The notes under the pieces are model-generated. The model ran no database searches. It had not been told where the DNA came from and saw only the letters and a program-made list of their open reading frames with translations. A stretch of 64,000 nt of DNA from Spizellomyces punctatus DAOM BR117 (lineage: Eukaryota). The stretch lies in the NCBI GenBank assembly GCA_000182565.2, contig KQ257470.1; one strand, 5' to 3'. The position numbers were made by a program, and so were the translations under genes. This document shows, in pieces, positions 45,740 through 58,043 of the stretch (position 1 is the first letter of the stretch; each line of letters opens with the position of its first letter).

Positions 45740-47015
45740 AAGTGTCTGTAAACAAGGAAATTGTGTGGTAAACGATAGGTGGAGGGAAAGCGGAAGGGTA
45801 TCTGAACTTTAAAGAAAAACAGCCTAGTTTAACCTTTAATCTTTTGGAAACGCACGTCAATTATCAAGCATGTGTGATTGTATCACATTTCCTCCTTCTT
45901 GTCACTTCCGATTTCCCTTCCTGAGCTGCCTCGTCTTTATTAGCAACCAGCCAAAATACGACACATTAGGCGACGCTACACACACTCCCCTTCTTTCTTG
46001 TTAGAGGTGTCATCTTTGTCTCCTCTGGTGCCTTGCCTCAGAAGACGTGCAATTTCCCCGTGGTATCCAACAACAGTGATCCATTTGTTCTGTAGTCCCA
46101 TCTCTTTGGTTGCTTCATTCCATTTGCGACGACTGATGGTCGTTTCAAAGTATGTGTTGAACAATTTTAACATTTCATATCGCTGGTAATATCATAAACG
46201 TCGTCCATTCAGTATGTCAAGAGACTTTTCTTGTTAGATTCTGATATAATTCACCGTATACACAGGTATTAGGCGCTCGTTCCAGAGTTTGGTAGTGGCA
46301 TCCCACATCTGTTGCATGTTAAACAGTTTCCGAAAGATGTATTTGCAAACCTGCAAAGATATGCTCGACATCTGCTTCAACTCGACTACTCAACTCGTTG
46401 CAAATTTAATACAAAATGTCGTCAAAGCTGTCCAATGTGTGCATGTTGAATGTCCAATCGAAGCACAGGTCCAGAATCATTCCTCCTTTTCGACGTTTGC
46501 TATATCAACTGATATTCATCCAGATTGCAATAGAAAGCCAAGATATCTGAAAATGACACTCTATAATTGATGCAAAATACCTCTTTCCGCGTCGTAGAGT
46601 AGACCCTTTTAAATAGTGGACAATCCACTTTCTCATACTCATATCATCTTTTGCTAAATGTGTGAAATGCATGTCTTTTTGCTTGGACTTTTGCATGCGA
46701 TAAATCAGAGACAGGATCAAAGAAGAGTTGACATGAAATCCATTTATTGGAAATACTCGACTTTCGGCAAATGTAAAACTTCCCATTAGCTTTGCATCCA
46801 AGTTTTGTTTCTATAGGCCAAAAATTACTAAAAAGAAATTAAAGATGCCTACTGCTGTCTGTTGGCTATCGGCGACAGATTCCACGGCGGGGGCCATCGT
46901 CCTGTTTTGTCCTTTTGATCTTAACTTATCGGGCAATAGCAATACAAGAGATGAATAGGGCAATTCAAGTGATGCAAATGGATGGACATGTATGTTATTT
47001 AGATTTACAACAAAT

Positions 47016-48261
47016 CTAACCAAGATACAGTGTAGAGATCCGGTAGCCCTTTTTGCCTGTGGAGTGTGGCCGGTTTTCATGTAAGTTGGCCGCTATCCTC
47101 ATGTTCTGCGGCACAGACAGGCGGTCACATTTGCGCTGGTCTTCATCTCGACACTTAATGTACAAGTCCATGGCTCGGGCCCAGCAGTACAAAGCTTTGA
47201 TGGTTCCACCAAACGACTGTAAGTCCTTGGCAGTCCGGGGTATCCGTCCACCTCCATACTCGATCTTAAAGTAAACTGAGTCAATGTATTTCGTCGGTAG
47301 GAATGTGTTTCTCTTCTAATGCGTGGCGGACAATGGTAGCGTTGATTACATCTTTGCTGGTGCGGCCTAATTGTCCGAGATCATCAAGGTATTCTTGGGG
47401 TGCAGGGTATGGCTGGCTGATCTCTACGGAACCAACCTCTGCACCTGTTGGTGCGTAGACGACACCATCGGCTCTTTCCTCTATGTCATCTTGGTCTTGT
47501 CTCCTTTTCCGATCTACGATGCATTGCAGCAAGACATCTCCCCCTTCGTACCGGAGCCCTGTGAATTCGCGAAAGATCCTCTCAATCAACGGGTGCAGGA
47601 ACTTGGCCGAAAAGCGCAATTCATCGAAACGGTGGTCCAACAATTGATTCTCCTCACCAAATATCGCCTCAAAGAATGCCGGCATCACATCGTACAATAC
47701 TGCCTTCATTCGTCTCCTTTCCAGAACCTCGCCTTCCGACATATTCAGCAGTGCATCTCGTCTCTCCTGCCAAGTATCCGCACGAAAAGGCTCTCGAAAA
47801 AACTCATCAACTGTCTCTTCCACGCTTTCTGTCATCATGGAGCTAATGCTATCCACTTCCAACTTCACCAATTGATTATAGTCTTCATCGCAAAGTATTC
47901 CAGAAAAAACGGCGACCTCATCCGAATGTCGCATATTTTCTCCTTCGTAAAGCTGTCATCGGTGAAAATTCGATAGTCTTCAAAGGCCTTTTTCAAGCGG
48001 GAAAATAAGCCCTGCACCTCCTCTTCCTTCTCATCAGCGGTTACCATCGGCTCTGTGGTGGTGCGTGTCCCTTTGGTGGAAGGGTCATTAAGATCGTCAC
48101 GCTTTCGTTTCCTCGACGCCTCTGGGGAAGGAGGGCTTTGAGGTTTGCAAATAGTTCGCAAATTCGCCAGCATTAAATAAAACGAAAATTGGAGACAAGC
48201 GAGAGACAAGGGAATCAACTCGAGGTTTATTTATAGGCCTTCTGGAGAAAAAAAACTCCAT
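47016..48261 (-). pseudogene. Restriction-endonuclease-fold protein of the type expanded in early-diverging fungi (Crinkler-associated REase-like), apparently frameshifted
   Basis: RADGVV...EVGSVEIS...DDLGQLGRTSKDVIN with an upstream NLS-like RKRKR. The reading frame changes near 47940 and near 47285 without clear introns. Confidence 0.5.
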
Positions 48262-49622
48262 GGTAACTGTTCTACTGTGGGAAGAAAGCGAAGAGAATAA
48301 GGGGTGGGAACTTTCGGACAAAAGATGAACGTTGAAAGTCAGATGCTTATCTCATCTCAGTGGCGTAGTTGCGGGAGATTGAATCACGTGCGTCTACGTG
48401 GGTTTATAAAGGGCTTCTCTCCTGATGCGTTGTTCTCCCACGCTCCCTCTCGTTCCTGTTGAACATCAAGGTAAGGTTTCGTTCCTCGATGTGGAAAGGT
48501 GCCAGATCCCACGCATGGCCGCAGAGTCGCATCAATGGGTGTCTTGCAAAAGCACCTGCGACAGGTTTGCGAAATGCAATCTTGGCTTCGCACAATCCGC
48601 GGGGACAGGTTGTGATGGGAGTCCTCGACGGAAAGTATCCCCCTTGGACTTCTTGGGTGAAGGTTAAGGTCGGAAGAGTATAGGCAGTGTCTGACACCTA
48701 CCCGTGGGGCACGCTCGTTGCTGACACGTCTTGTCAGCCTCATTTGTTACTGGTGGTTTGCGATTATGGTTAGAGTGTGCCCCGCATCCCACGCCAGCCC
48801 TGGACTCGCAGAATGAGTGTCCTGAAAAGGGTGCTCGCGATAGGCGCGCGAAATGAGCAATGGGGGCTTCCGCGAATGGGCGGGGGATACCATTGAGATG
48901 GGAATCCTGGTCCGGATGATGCATCACCCTGGGATTCCTTGGGAGAGGGCGGGTGTCGTTCGTTGATGCGCCGCATAACAGCACTGTTAGCGTCCTTGCC
49001 GCGGCACCTTGATGGAAGCATGGGCGTTTGTACTTTTTTCTTCCGGAAACAGATATGCCTACCAACGATTTGTCCCCTTTTACTTCTTTCTTATTCCATT
49101 CATGGCAACAATCAACACTATTGCGGTCGAGAATCATGCTCGAGTATCTTGCACTGGATCGGAGGCCGTGATGCCGTGGACTCTCGTCGGGTGCTCCGCT
49201 GATCACATATGTTCTGTGACTGGTAAACTAGTGCCTGCTCCATTCAGTGCATCTATTCCCACCTAAGTTTCGTTCTACCCTTTAGAAGCAAGCATCTTAC
49301 GAGAGACAAACGTTGGCGATGCCCCAGAACTGAGCCGGACACGCATGCCTCAAATTTCAACCAGATGAAGCTCCACTAGTTCGCAGCAGATTCCCCATGT
49401 AAATTTAACAATTGTAGATGAATCCATAACCCAGCTAACTTTGTGACTCTAATAAAACGCTATCTAATCGAATGCTGTTGGTTTTTATTCCGTGACCCAT
49501 TCAATTATACAGCACTGAGTGAAGTTAAAGCCAGTAGCTGTCTCAGGTTGCTGATCTTGTGAGTGGTGCTTGTCTTTTCCCTTACAAAACTTCAATTCAA
49601 TGTCGTCCATCGGCATCTGTCT

Positions 49623-50189
49623 TCACTTGTCATCCTCAACTTCCGATAAATTTGAATACTGATATGTTCTGGCACGGTGGACCTCCAGGATGAACTTGTC
49701 CACAATTTCCTCGATGATACCAGATATCCTTGCTTTGATGGTTTCGACAAGATCTTGTAACTGCTTCTCGAAGTCCGCTGTGACGGGTGTTTCCCCGTAA
49801 CCAGGATTGAGCATGTATATACCCAGATCAGTGTAGCACTTCAAGAAGCGGGGCCAATCTTCCAACTCCAATTCTGCTACGTGCATTATAGCTGTTTTGG
49901 ATGCCGATTCGACTCTGTAAGCAGTGTTCGGCCCACATGATTTTATCATGGATTTCAGTTGTGGAAGGTATACGAGGGTAATGTTGCCATCCATCGTCTT
50001 CTCAATATCCAACCACACCTCGTCATCGATCGTCCGTAACTCCTTCACTCGTTCCTCTAGGTATAATCGCATACGCTTTCGGAACTCCTTAAAGGAACCC
50101 AGCGATCCATCAATAACCTCCCTCGCACTGCAAAGTTGAATCGAGAATAGTGTCAAGACGAGGATGCTCCAGAGATTAATGAGCCTCAT
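49623..50189 (-). CDS. Intronless secreted hypothetical protein, about 188 aa, helical
   Basis: Signal peptide MRLINLWSILVLTLFSIQLCSA followed by an open, charged helical ORF. No domain recognised. Confidence 0.65.
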   Translation of the reverse strand: MRLINLWSILVLTLFSIQLCSAREVIDGSLGSFKEFRKRMRLYLEERVKELRTIDDEVWLDIEKTMDGNITLVYLPQLKSMIKSCGPNTAYRVESASKTAIMHVAELELEDWPRFLKCYTDLGIYMLNPGYGETPVTADFEKQLQDLVETIKARISGIIEEIVDKFILEVHRARTYQYSNLSEVEDDK

Positions 50190-50850
50190 CTTGTGCCGAT
50201 AGGTAAATTCCCATAAAAGCTCACTACTCTGCCATCCGAGAGGTGGAAAGTTTATGGCAAATCGAGTTCTTATGTGAGTGTGGCGCATTAAGGTTAGGGC
50301 TCATTCAGCTATTCTAAGATCGGAAGCTGTTTATTCATATTCATCTGAAAAAGACGTGTTTGAAAGCGTTCTTTCTGGGCTTTCTGCTGATTATATCACG
50401 ATTGGAACAGTGAAGCGCCACAAGGTCAGAATTAGCGGGGTGGGGTGATGAACCTCGCTCCCTATTGCAGGCGGAAATCGTCGATATCCCCGTCATCACG
50501 CGAAAAAAGTGCCATCTCCATAAACACACATTGCGAATTGCAAGAGAGAGCAGAGAGAGCGTCATGAAATATGATCAACAAACCTGCTATCCAGCGAAAG
50601 CAGCCAATGCACCAAGCGATAATTCCAATATTCAAAGCCAAGTGTCAAATGTTTACAAAAGTAAACAAATGACCCGTTCGCTTAATTGTGGCAATCATCT
50701 GCGGATGGCACAGTTTTATTCTGCTGGGGAACGTGATCGCGTGTGCTGGCAGCGATAAGTGCATTCTCCCACTTCAAAGTCATCGTTGCCAACAATTTCT
50801 TTTAGAATTCTATTTATGCATCACAATCTATAGACGCTGTGGTTACAATT

Positions 50851-52504
50851 ATGGCGGAACCCATGGAAAGCGCGTTCGCAACGGACGTGCATGGACATTC
50901 AAAGTTGGGAGTTGACTTTGCGGCGGGCATTGTTGGGGGTACGTCGCTGCAAGCAAATCTCGCGAAACTTTGTGAAAGACAAGGTCAAATGTCTAATGTC
51001 TTGCTTTGCGCTGGTGCACTTTGTCTGTCTTGCAGGGTAAGTATCGCATTTTACGAGCGAAGGTCGGAGAAATAGAGGGAATGCTAAAAGAGTTTGATGC
51101 AGGTGTGCGGGAGTTTTGGCAGGGCATCCACTGGTATGCTTTCCGCAATGTCCAAGATTTGCGCTTTTATGTCTGCTCCACTGAAATGCTCACCGCGGAT
51201 AGTTGGTTTTTGTTTCGGGCGTCATTAGGATACAATAAAGTGAGTGTTACCGCGTTTGTGGGAGTATCTGTCGACAGGCGTGCGGTGATCCTTACAGTAT
51301 GGCCCATTGTTGCGTTTCAGAGTACGTTTGCAAAGTCAGGCAACGCAAGGTGCGAGATATAGAGGGACGATGCATTGCCTCACAAGCATAATTAGAGAAG
51401 AAAGGGTTCGTGATGCAAACAATGTCGTCCGAATCTCGGGCACCGCGTTCTAACGTAGATGAATAGGTATACGGTCTTTACAAAGGCATGGCGTCCCCGC
51501 TAGTTGGAGTGGCGGTAATAAATAGGTACACCCCAGCCACTTGGTGCAGATAGGCTCGTCTTTGTTGATCGTTTGCAGTCTTCTCTTTGGCGTGTACGGA
51601 TTTTTTCTCCGACACCTCGGACCGGGCGAAAACGCGGTTTGGAGTATATTTCTGGCTGGCTCAGCTTCGGGTGCTGTCAATGCCTTCTTCAGTTGTCCAA
51701 TGGAGCTAGGTACGAAAACCCGATGTGCTCGGGTCTTAGTAGTCATTTTTTATTCTAATTCTTGTCATCGAGTACAGTAAAGATCCGTCTTCAAAATCAG
51801 CGAAGTACTTCTACGCTCCAAGGGCAAATTCCTATATATAAGGGACCTTTGGATTGTATGCGGCAGGTAGGAAAGCGACATGTGAACCTCGGCAGAAGAA
51901 CAGAAGACTGATCGATCAGTGTCCCACAGATATATAGAACCAACGGGTTGAGAGGATTTTATCGTGGACTAGCGTGTACATTGTGGCGGGAAACACCGAG
52001 CTATGGAGGTATAGCAATAGCAATGTGTTTCTGCCCATCCTGAACTGATGAAGGCTGATTTTTTGTTTTGTTCCGACGGTAGCATATTTCGCATCATATG
52101 AGATACTGTGCCGAATGATGTTGCCTGAGGATGCACCAACAAATGAGCCATCGCCAAAGTTACTGTTCGCGGGAGGCCTTGCTGGTGTGGTCGCATGGCT
52201 GGTTACATACCCATTCGATGTGGTCAAAACCCGCTTGCAGTCCGGTATGTTTCATCACGCTGTTTGCGCGTCGCGAATGGCCTCTCACAATCCCTTTAAT
52301 CTGTCAGTCGAACAAGAGACAAAACCACTGTACAAAGGCACGTTTCACTGCATGCGAACCATTATCCGATCTGAAGGGTGGGGTGTGTTGTTTAGCGGAT
52401 GGGGAGCGACAGCTATTCGCGCGTTCCCAACCAACGCAGCAACATTTTATGCGGTATGCTGGGCAAAGAATATTTTAAACAATCTTGGATCGGACGACGG
52501 ATAG
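50851..52504 (+). CDS. Mitochondrial carrier (SLC25A29/45/48-like basic amino acid or carnitine carrier)
   Basis: Three PxD/ExxKxRLQ signatures (HPLDTIKVRLQ, CPMELVKIRLQ, YPFDVVKTRLQ), plus GLYKGMASP and RAFPTNAATF. Many short exons. Confidence 0.92.
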
Positions 52505-52883
52505 ATGTGATGGTGCAGTATTTGAAATATCACTGCATCATGTGGGGATCGGGCGTTGTAGATATCATCATTTGAAATAGACTAAACAGCGAACGCGTCG
52601 AAAAACCCCTCTTGACGGACTTTGTTAACCCTCATGATTGGTGAGCGCTGTCCTGGCCAGGTTCCATAACTGCATGCAAGAGCCGTACATTGACCAACAG
52701 ATGAAGAAGATTCAATTTTAATCAATGGTGTCGTCGTGACCCCTTTTTTTGGATATTGGATTCACCGTCAGGAATTAGTGACGCAGACTATCTATTGTGG
52801 TCTAGCTTATCATACTGAATTGCTAGCTAGATTCACATCATACGTCGGTTGACCAGCAACCATCCTAGTGCTATGAACAACTA

Positions 52884-53644
52884 TTAGTATCTACATAAGA
52901 TCAAAGCCTCTCGAAGCCAAGCCTCTTGATCAAGAGAAAGAGCGTTCATTGCGTCCAGAATGGATCCTAATGAAATGGAAAAAGCATGAGGCTACCTGAA
53001 AACTCTAGGTATTTAAGCGAAAGTGCAGCATACCAAACTATTTTTCTTCGCCCTTCTCTCGTTCGCAAACAGCTGTCTCATGGTAGTTTTACCATCTTTC
53101 AGCAACATTTGTCCACTCATGTTCTTAGCAATTGTTTCTTCGAGTCCAGGTGGTGGTTTCATTTTCGATATGGGCTGAATTGGAGGCAGGGGCGACGACT
53201 CTCGTGGAGTCGAAGAAGCCTTTCGGAACAGAGGGTGATGTTGAAGAGGGGGTAGGTGCACCGGTAACGATGTTAGAGGTCCTGTGGGTAGCGGTGGAAG
53301 ATGTAGTGGCAGTTGTTTATGGGACGTCACTGATGAACGCGATGTTGATGTGCGTACATTGGTTGTCGTCGGACGGGAAGATTGACGGGCGGGGATTGCT
53401 GATGGGTGGTTGAAGGTCATTGTATGCTGTTGAGGTGTGACCTGCGTTCGTTCCTGTGATGCAATCCGATGAGCAATCTAGTCCTTACTATACCCGACAC
53501 ACGGCCACATACCCGTCTACTTGGTTTCTCATCCTTCCTCTCCTTTTCCCATTCTCCTGGTAGGGGCGGCAGCCCACCTCCTACCGGTTGACTCTCAAAT
53601 CGTGCAACTAGCGACGCAATCCGACCGGGTTGAGTAACAGGCAT
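52884..53644 (-). CDS. Hypothetical Pro/Ser-rich protein (spliced)
   Basis: Adjacent ORFs 53417-53644 and 53013-53420 have GT donors, and a plausible last exon ends LREALILCRY*. Confidence 0.4.
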
Positions 53645-54322
53645 TTGGCCTTCCTCAGAAAAAGGAGCGATGCTGCAGCGAGGACAAGAATAAGTGTTAA
53701 TTTATCTGGTGCTCCAGTCTCACATCCGTATTCCAGTTAATTCTTGGACATTAAATGCAATGTTATTTTTAGGTGACACCAACTATTTTTGAATACATCA
53801 GGGACTACTGGACAATGCAAACGTTGGCTGCAAGAGCTGGGAAATAGCCGTCAATACCCGCAAGCCACGGCAAGTTGCAAGGTTTTTTGGATTGCGGCTG
53901 GCGACTACATGGCGCACCGCAACATTGGAAGGCACCAAAAAGCTTAATCACCATGTAAACTACGTTGACGTTGGATGCTGCATGCCTGACCTAATAAATA
54001 CATAGAGCGCTTGTCTCTATCGGAAAACGAGGTGATCTGCCGAATATTCATAATCAAAGACAGATCAAGAAGGTCCTGAATGAGTGATTTGGAATACTCA
54101 TGAGTCTGTCAACCATGCGATCCTCTAGCGTTGGCCAAAGGTCAAAGTTAAACGCTGAAAGTCAACCAACATTACCAAATTGATTACCTAATGTTCCTCA
54201 CGTGAGGGCGATTCACACACAAACGCATCTTGGTGCTGGGCTCCCGCGTCTTGGTTGACGGGGATCCTTCAGCAACCCTTCATCACGTAGTTCGCGGCAA
54301 TCTCTTGGTATATCGTTGTACG

Positions 54323-56538
54323 ATGACTACCAAAAGCCGTCCAACAAGCGAGGTCTTTGGATCGGGCAGTCCAAATGGGAGTATTCGTCGGGAAGGTCCA
54401 GGAGACAGCGCAACATCAAAGCAGCGAGGTATGGCCTCCCGTCAGTGTACATGACACACGTTTTGGAAGAGTAATGAAGGTGTAGTTTACTCACTACGAT
54501 CCTTTCTCCTCTTAAGCGACAAAAAGGGCTTTGAAGACTTTTAACTACTCCAACACGGCCCTGGCAAACACACCAACGTGCGTGACTAGCGTCGCACTCT
54601 GTTTTCATTAAAGCTTGGTTGTTAACTTGGTTCCACTGATTTCAATGCAGCCTTCTTTTGGAGTCTCTGAACGACACGTTCACTGCCAAATCTCTCGACT
54701 TGTTTGAACCCATCAAGATTGGACGTAAAGTGAATCCCAAGAATGGACCAGAATCAACGAACGGCGTGTTTGATTCAAAAGTCCTCAGCAGGAATCACGC
54801 CGAAATATGGTTTTCGGACAATAAGGTGCGGTTGGGTACATTTCCACATGGTTTTTTATCAATTGGAAAATGGGACAACTGAGACTGGTCTTTTTGACAG
54901 GTGTGGATCAAAGATGTGAAGTCCAGCAATGGGACCTTTGTTGACGGAAAACGGTTGAGTGAAGAGGGCGTGGAAAGCGAACCTTTTGAGCTACACTCGG
55001 GTACCAAATTGGAGTTTGGTATTGACATCAATAATGAGGATGGGACTGGTATGAAGCTGTTGTTGCGCTGCTTCGAGGCACGAGCTAAGTCGATATCTTG
55101 TATCCAGTGATGTACAAGAAGGTTTCATGCAGGGTAACCATTCAACCGCCACCGCAATTGGGGACGCCGTCAACGCCCGCAGTGGAAACTGAGCCTGCTA
55201 AAATGTGAGGTCAAGAAACTTTTATTTTTGGCTCTTGGAGACGTATCTCACCGGCAGTATGAGTTTAGGACTGCCCCTAACGCTGCAAAGAAGCCAAAAG
55301 AGAAGGAGAACATTAATGTAATCCTTGAGGTACGCGTATTGTGATATGGAAACCCATTGTGTGAAAAAGCAAAGCTGAGCTATGTAACTATGATAGCGAG
55401 AGTTGAAGCAAGCCGACGAAGTGCATGCCGAGCTGGAGCAATTAAGGGAAAAGTTGGATGTTTTGGAGGCTCGCAAGTCGTCACCATTACCCTCACAAGC
55501 AGAACCGGTACCATCTACGGATCACTCTGCAGAGGTCTCAGCGGCCATCGCTGCCGCAACAGCAGATATGCTACGCCAGTTGGAAGAAGCTAGAGCGGAA
55601 GTGAAAACTTGGATGGATAAATACAATAACAATCTTCCTGGCTTGCAAGAACGTGATGCATTGCAAGAGAAAGCGATGCACTTGGCTGCTGAGGTTGAGC
55701 GACTCACCAAGGAAAGCCAGGTGATTCAGACATTACGAGAGGATGCGGAGCAGTGGAAGGAAAGAGCTACGAAAGCGGAGGCGGAAATTGTAGCGCTGAA
55801 AGAGGTATGTAGGCAGGAGCGCCTTCCCAATTCTTCGCTGTAGCCCAAATTCAACATTCGGATTTGATTACAGAGGGCCGCTGACGACTCAAAGACCTCG
55901 AAGCAGACGCAATCTTCCTCTCAACAGCTAAAAGCTCAGCTGGAAGCCGCTGAAATTCAGATCACCCAATTGAAGCAAGAGAAGAGTGAACTGACTGCCA
56001 ACACAGAACGCATCTCCACCGAACTACAAACCCTAAAGAAAGATCTAACGACAACACAAAACAGTGCTGACGCGCAACGGAAGGAATACAATGAATTGGC
56101 AAAGGCCGTTGATGAACTCCGTGAAGCGAATCGTCTATTGAGAGAAGCGCAGGGGTCGCCGGCTACTTCTCCCGGTACGTCACCGACTTCTTCACCCAGT
56201 AAAGATCACATTGGCGACCATCACCACGGGCGCAAATCAGGAAGTATTCGAAGGAGAGGCAAACAGGCAGCAGCAGCGGCCGCGGCCGCGGCCATCGCGG
56301 ATGAGGCAGAGAAAAAGGAGATTGCCCGCAATAGTTCACCAAAGAAGGAGCGTAGATCACGTTATCAGGTTTGTCCTTGTCATATTTTCCTGTGACCGTC
56401 ATATTCTTACATGCCATCTACTTTCAGATGATGGCGATTATCGCGTTCAGTCTGCTGTCCGTAGGGGGTCTCGCGTATTTGAATGGTTTCTTTGCACCAA
56501 ACTCACCGTTCCTTGCGGCCCTACGTGGGATGTGGTGA
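54323..56538 (+). CDS. FHA, coiled-coil and C-terminal TM protein (SLMAP/Far9-Far10/Vps64-like STRIPAK subunit)
   Basis: IGR...NGVFDSKVLSRNHAEIW...IKDVKSSNGTFVDGKRLS...LEFGIDI (FHA), long heptad repeats, and tail MMAIIAFSLLSVGGLAYL. The 5' exon phases are consistent. Confidence 0.88.
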
Positions 56539-56826
56539 TAGAAAAAATGTACCAACGTTCTTTTGTATATATTAATAATGGCCATGTGGCTCGAAGCTCG
56601 AAGCTTTGAAAAAATATACTCGTTGCATTTGATAGCAAATGCAGCGTCTGTCCACAGTTGCTTCAGAGTGATTGGATAATACTTGGAAAAATGAACTGCT
56701 TGAATTATACCAAAAACCTTTATCTTTTAATGTACGTAGAAAGAACTGAAAAAGAGAGCTATACATAAAGTGGGTGCCAGTGCAGATTTAAAATCCGCTA
56801 CCGATCGACCCAGAAAAGTCATGCGG

Positions 56827-57624
56827 TCACATGCATCGAGCATGCTGCGCACCAACGGACGGGATACCAGCCACCTCACATAACCTATCAACCTCCTCAA
56901 CTAGACTTTGGACCCTTTTCACCAACACCTTTTTGCGTGTTCGGATGATTTCAACAGCCTGGTCCATGACCTTTATAACATCGGGATCTATTTCTACTGT
57001 TTCGTCCAAAGACACATCTGATGAAATGTAGGATGGTAGGATAATATCCTGTGGACTGACGGCGTCGAGCTTTTCAAGGAGACGTACAAGCTGGTCGTCT
57101 ATTTCGTGGAGGCGGCGGTCGACGGTGGATGTATTCATAAGAGGTATTAGCGGGGACATTGAGATGGAGGTTGTGGAGGAAGTTGGAGATGGGAGAGATG
57201 TCAAACTGGTAGTAGCAGACAAGGGGCTGTCTGGAGCGCTTGATTTTGGCGTCCGAGTGGCGACTCGCAACTTCTTTTCTACGCTGGTTTTTTGTCCCCG
57301 CTTTTTGGTTTGTCTAGATTCTGTAACTTGGAATGCACCTGTGGCTAACGCAGCCTCTGCCGCGGGAGCCACACCGTCCAATGCTTCACAAACTGTCTGA
57401 ATCTGGGGTTCTATGATATCTACGCATTCTGCTTCAATACCCCTCAAAACATCCAACACCCTCCGTTTCCGTGCTCTCAGCTCTCTCCTAGATGCTGTTG
57501 AATTGTGATCTCTGATCAGGTATCTGGTGACGTAGGTGACTGCTACACCTGTTGCCACAGTGCAAGCTACTCCAACAGCAATTTTAAGGGAGAGATGAAG
57601 AAGCGGATGGTCGAACGCGATCAT
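56827..57624 (-). CDS. Membrane-anchored BAG-domain-like co-chaperone
   Basis: N-terminal TM (IAVGVACTVATGVAVTYV). C-terminal DQLVRLLEKLDAV...IRTRKKVLVKRVQSLVEEVD fits BAG helices 2-3. Confidence 0.6.
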   Translation of the reverse strand: MIAFDHPLLHLSLKIAVGVACTVATGVAVTYVTRYLIRDHNSTASRRELRARKRRVLDVLRGIEAECVDIIEPQIQTVCEALDGVAPAAEAALATGAFQVTESRQTKKRGQKTSVEKKLRVATRTPKSSAPDSPLSATTSLTSLPSPTSSTTSISMSPLIPLMNTSTVDRRLHEIDDQLVRLLEKLDAVSPQDIILPSYISSDVSLDETVEIDPDVIKVMDQAVEIIRTRKKVLVKRVQSLVEEVDRLCEVAGIPSVGAQHARCM

Positions 57625-58043
57625 TTGGGATGATAATGATGCGCAGAGGTGATTGAGAGGTCCGAGTGACTTTACCGTAGTAGGGGCTGTGGCATGAGAC
57701 GGGTACTGTACGCCGACAATCGAGCGGTGAGTCGGGAAAGCGACGAAGACCGCAGCGAAAGTGTCCAAAGATTCCCCGTCTCGACGGAAATCTCGGTCGT
57801 CTCAAAGGCGGAACCCGGCGATGCCCGCTATCAAGTTCTTTTGTTGAACAAGTTGAACTTTTTTGGAGTTTTGCTCATGTAAGCACAAGCCACACCTGAC
57901 TCAGCCTGGATCGGTGTTGTTGAGTGTGCTTTTAGCAGCCATTTGTGCCATCTTGACTTGACTTGTCTTGGGTCCGTAGCCCGTCTCTACTACTGCTTGT
58001 GCCTTCTGTCCGTTCTGGATATTTGTGTAGGAGTTTGATAGCC

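Noticed and set aside
45976-46801. Fragmented minus-strand ORFs
   Set aside because: Possibly pseudogene debris, but no family could be assigned.
48384-49266. GC-richer stretch with overlapping ORFs, possible retroelement remnant
   Set aside because: No RT, RNase H, integrase or zinc-knuckle motif could be identified.
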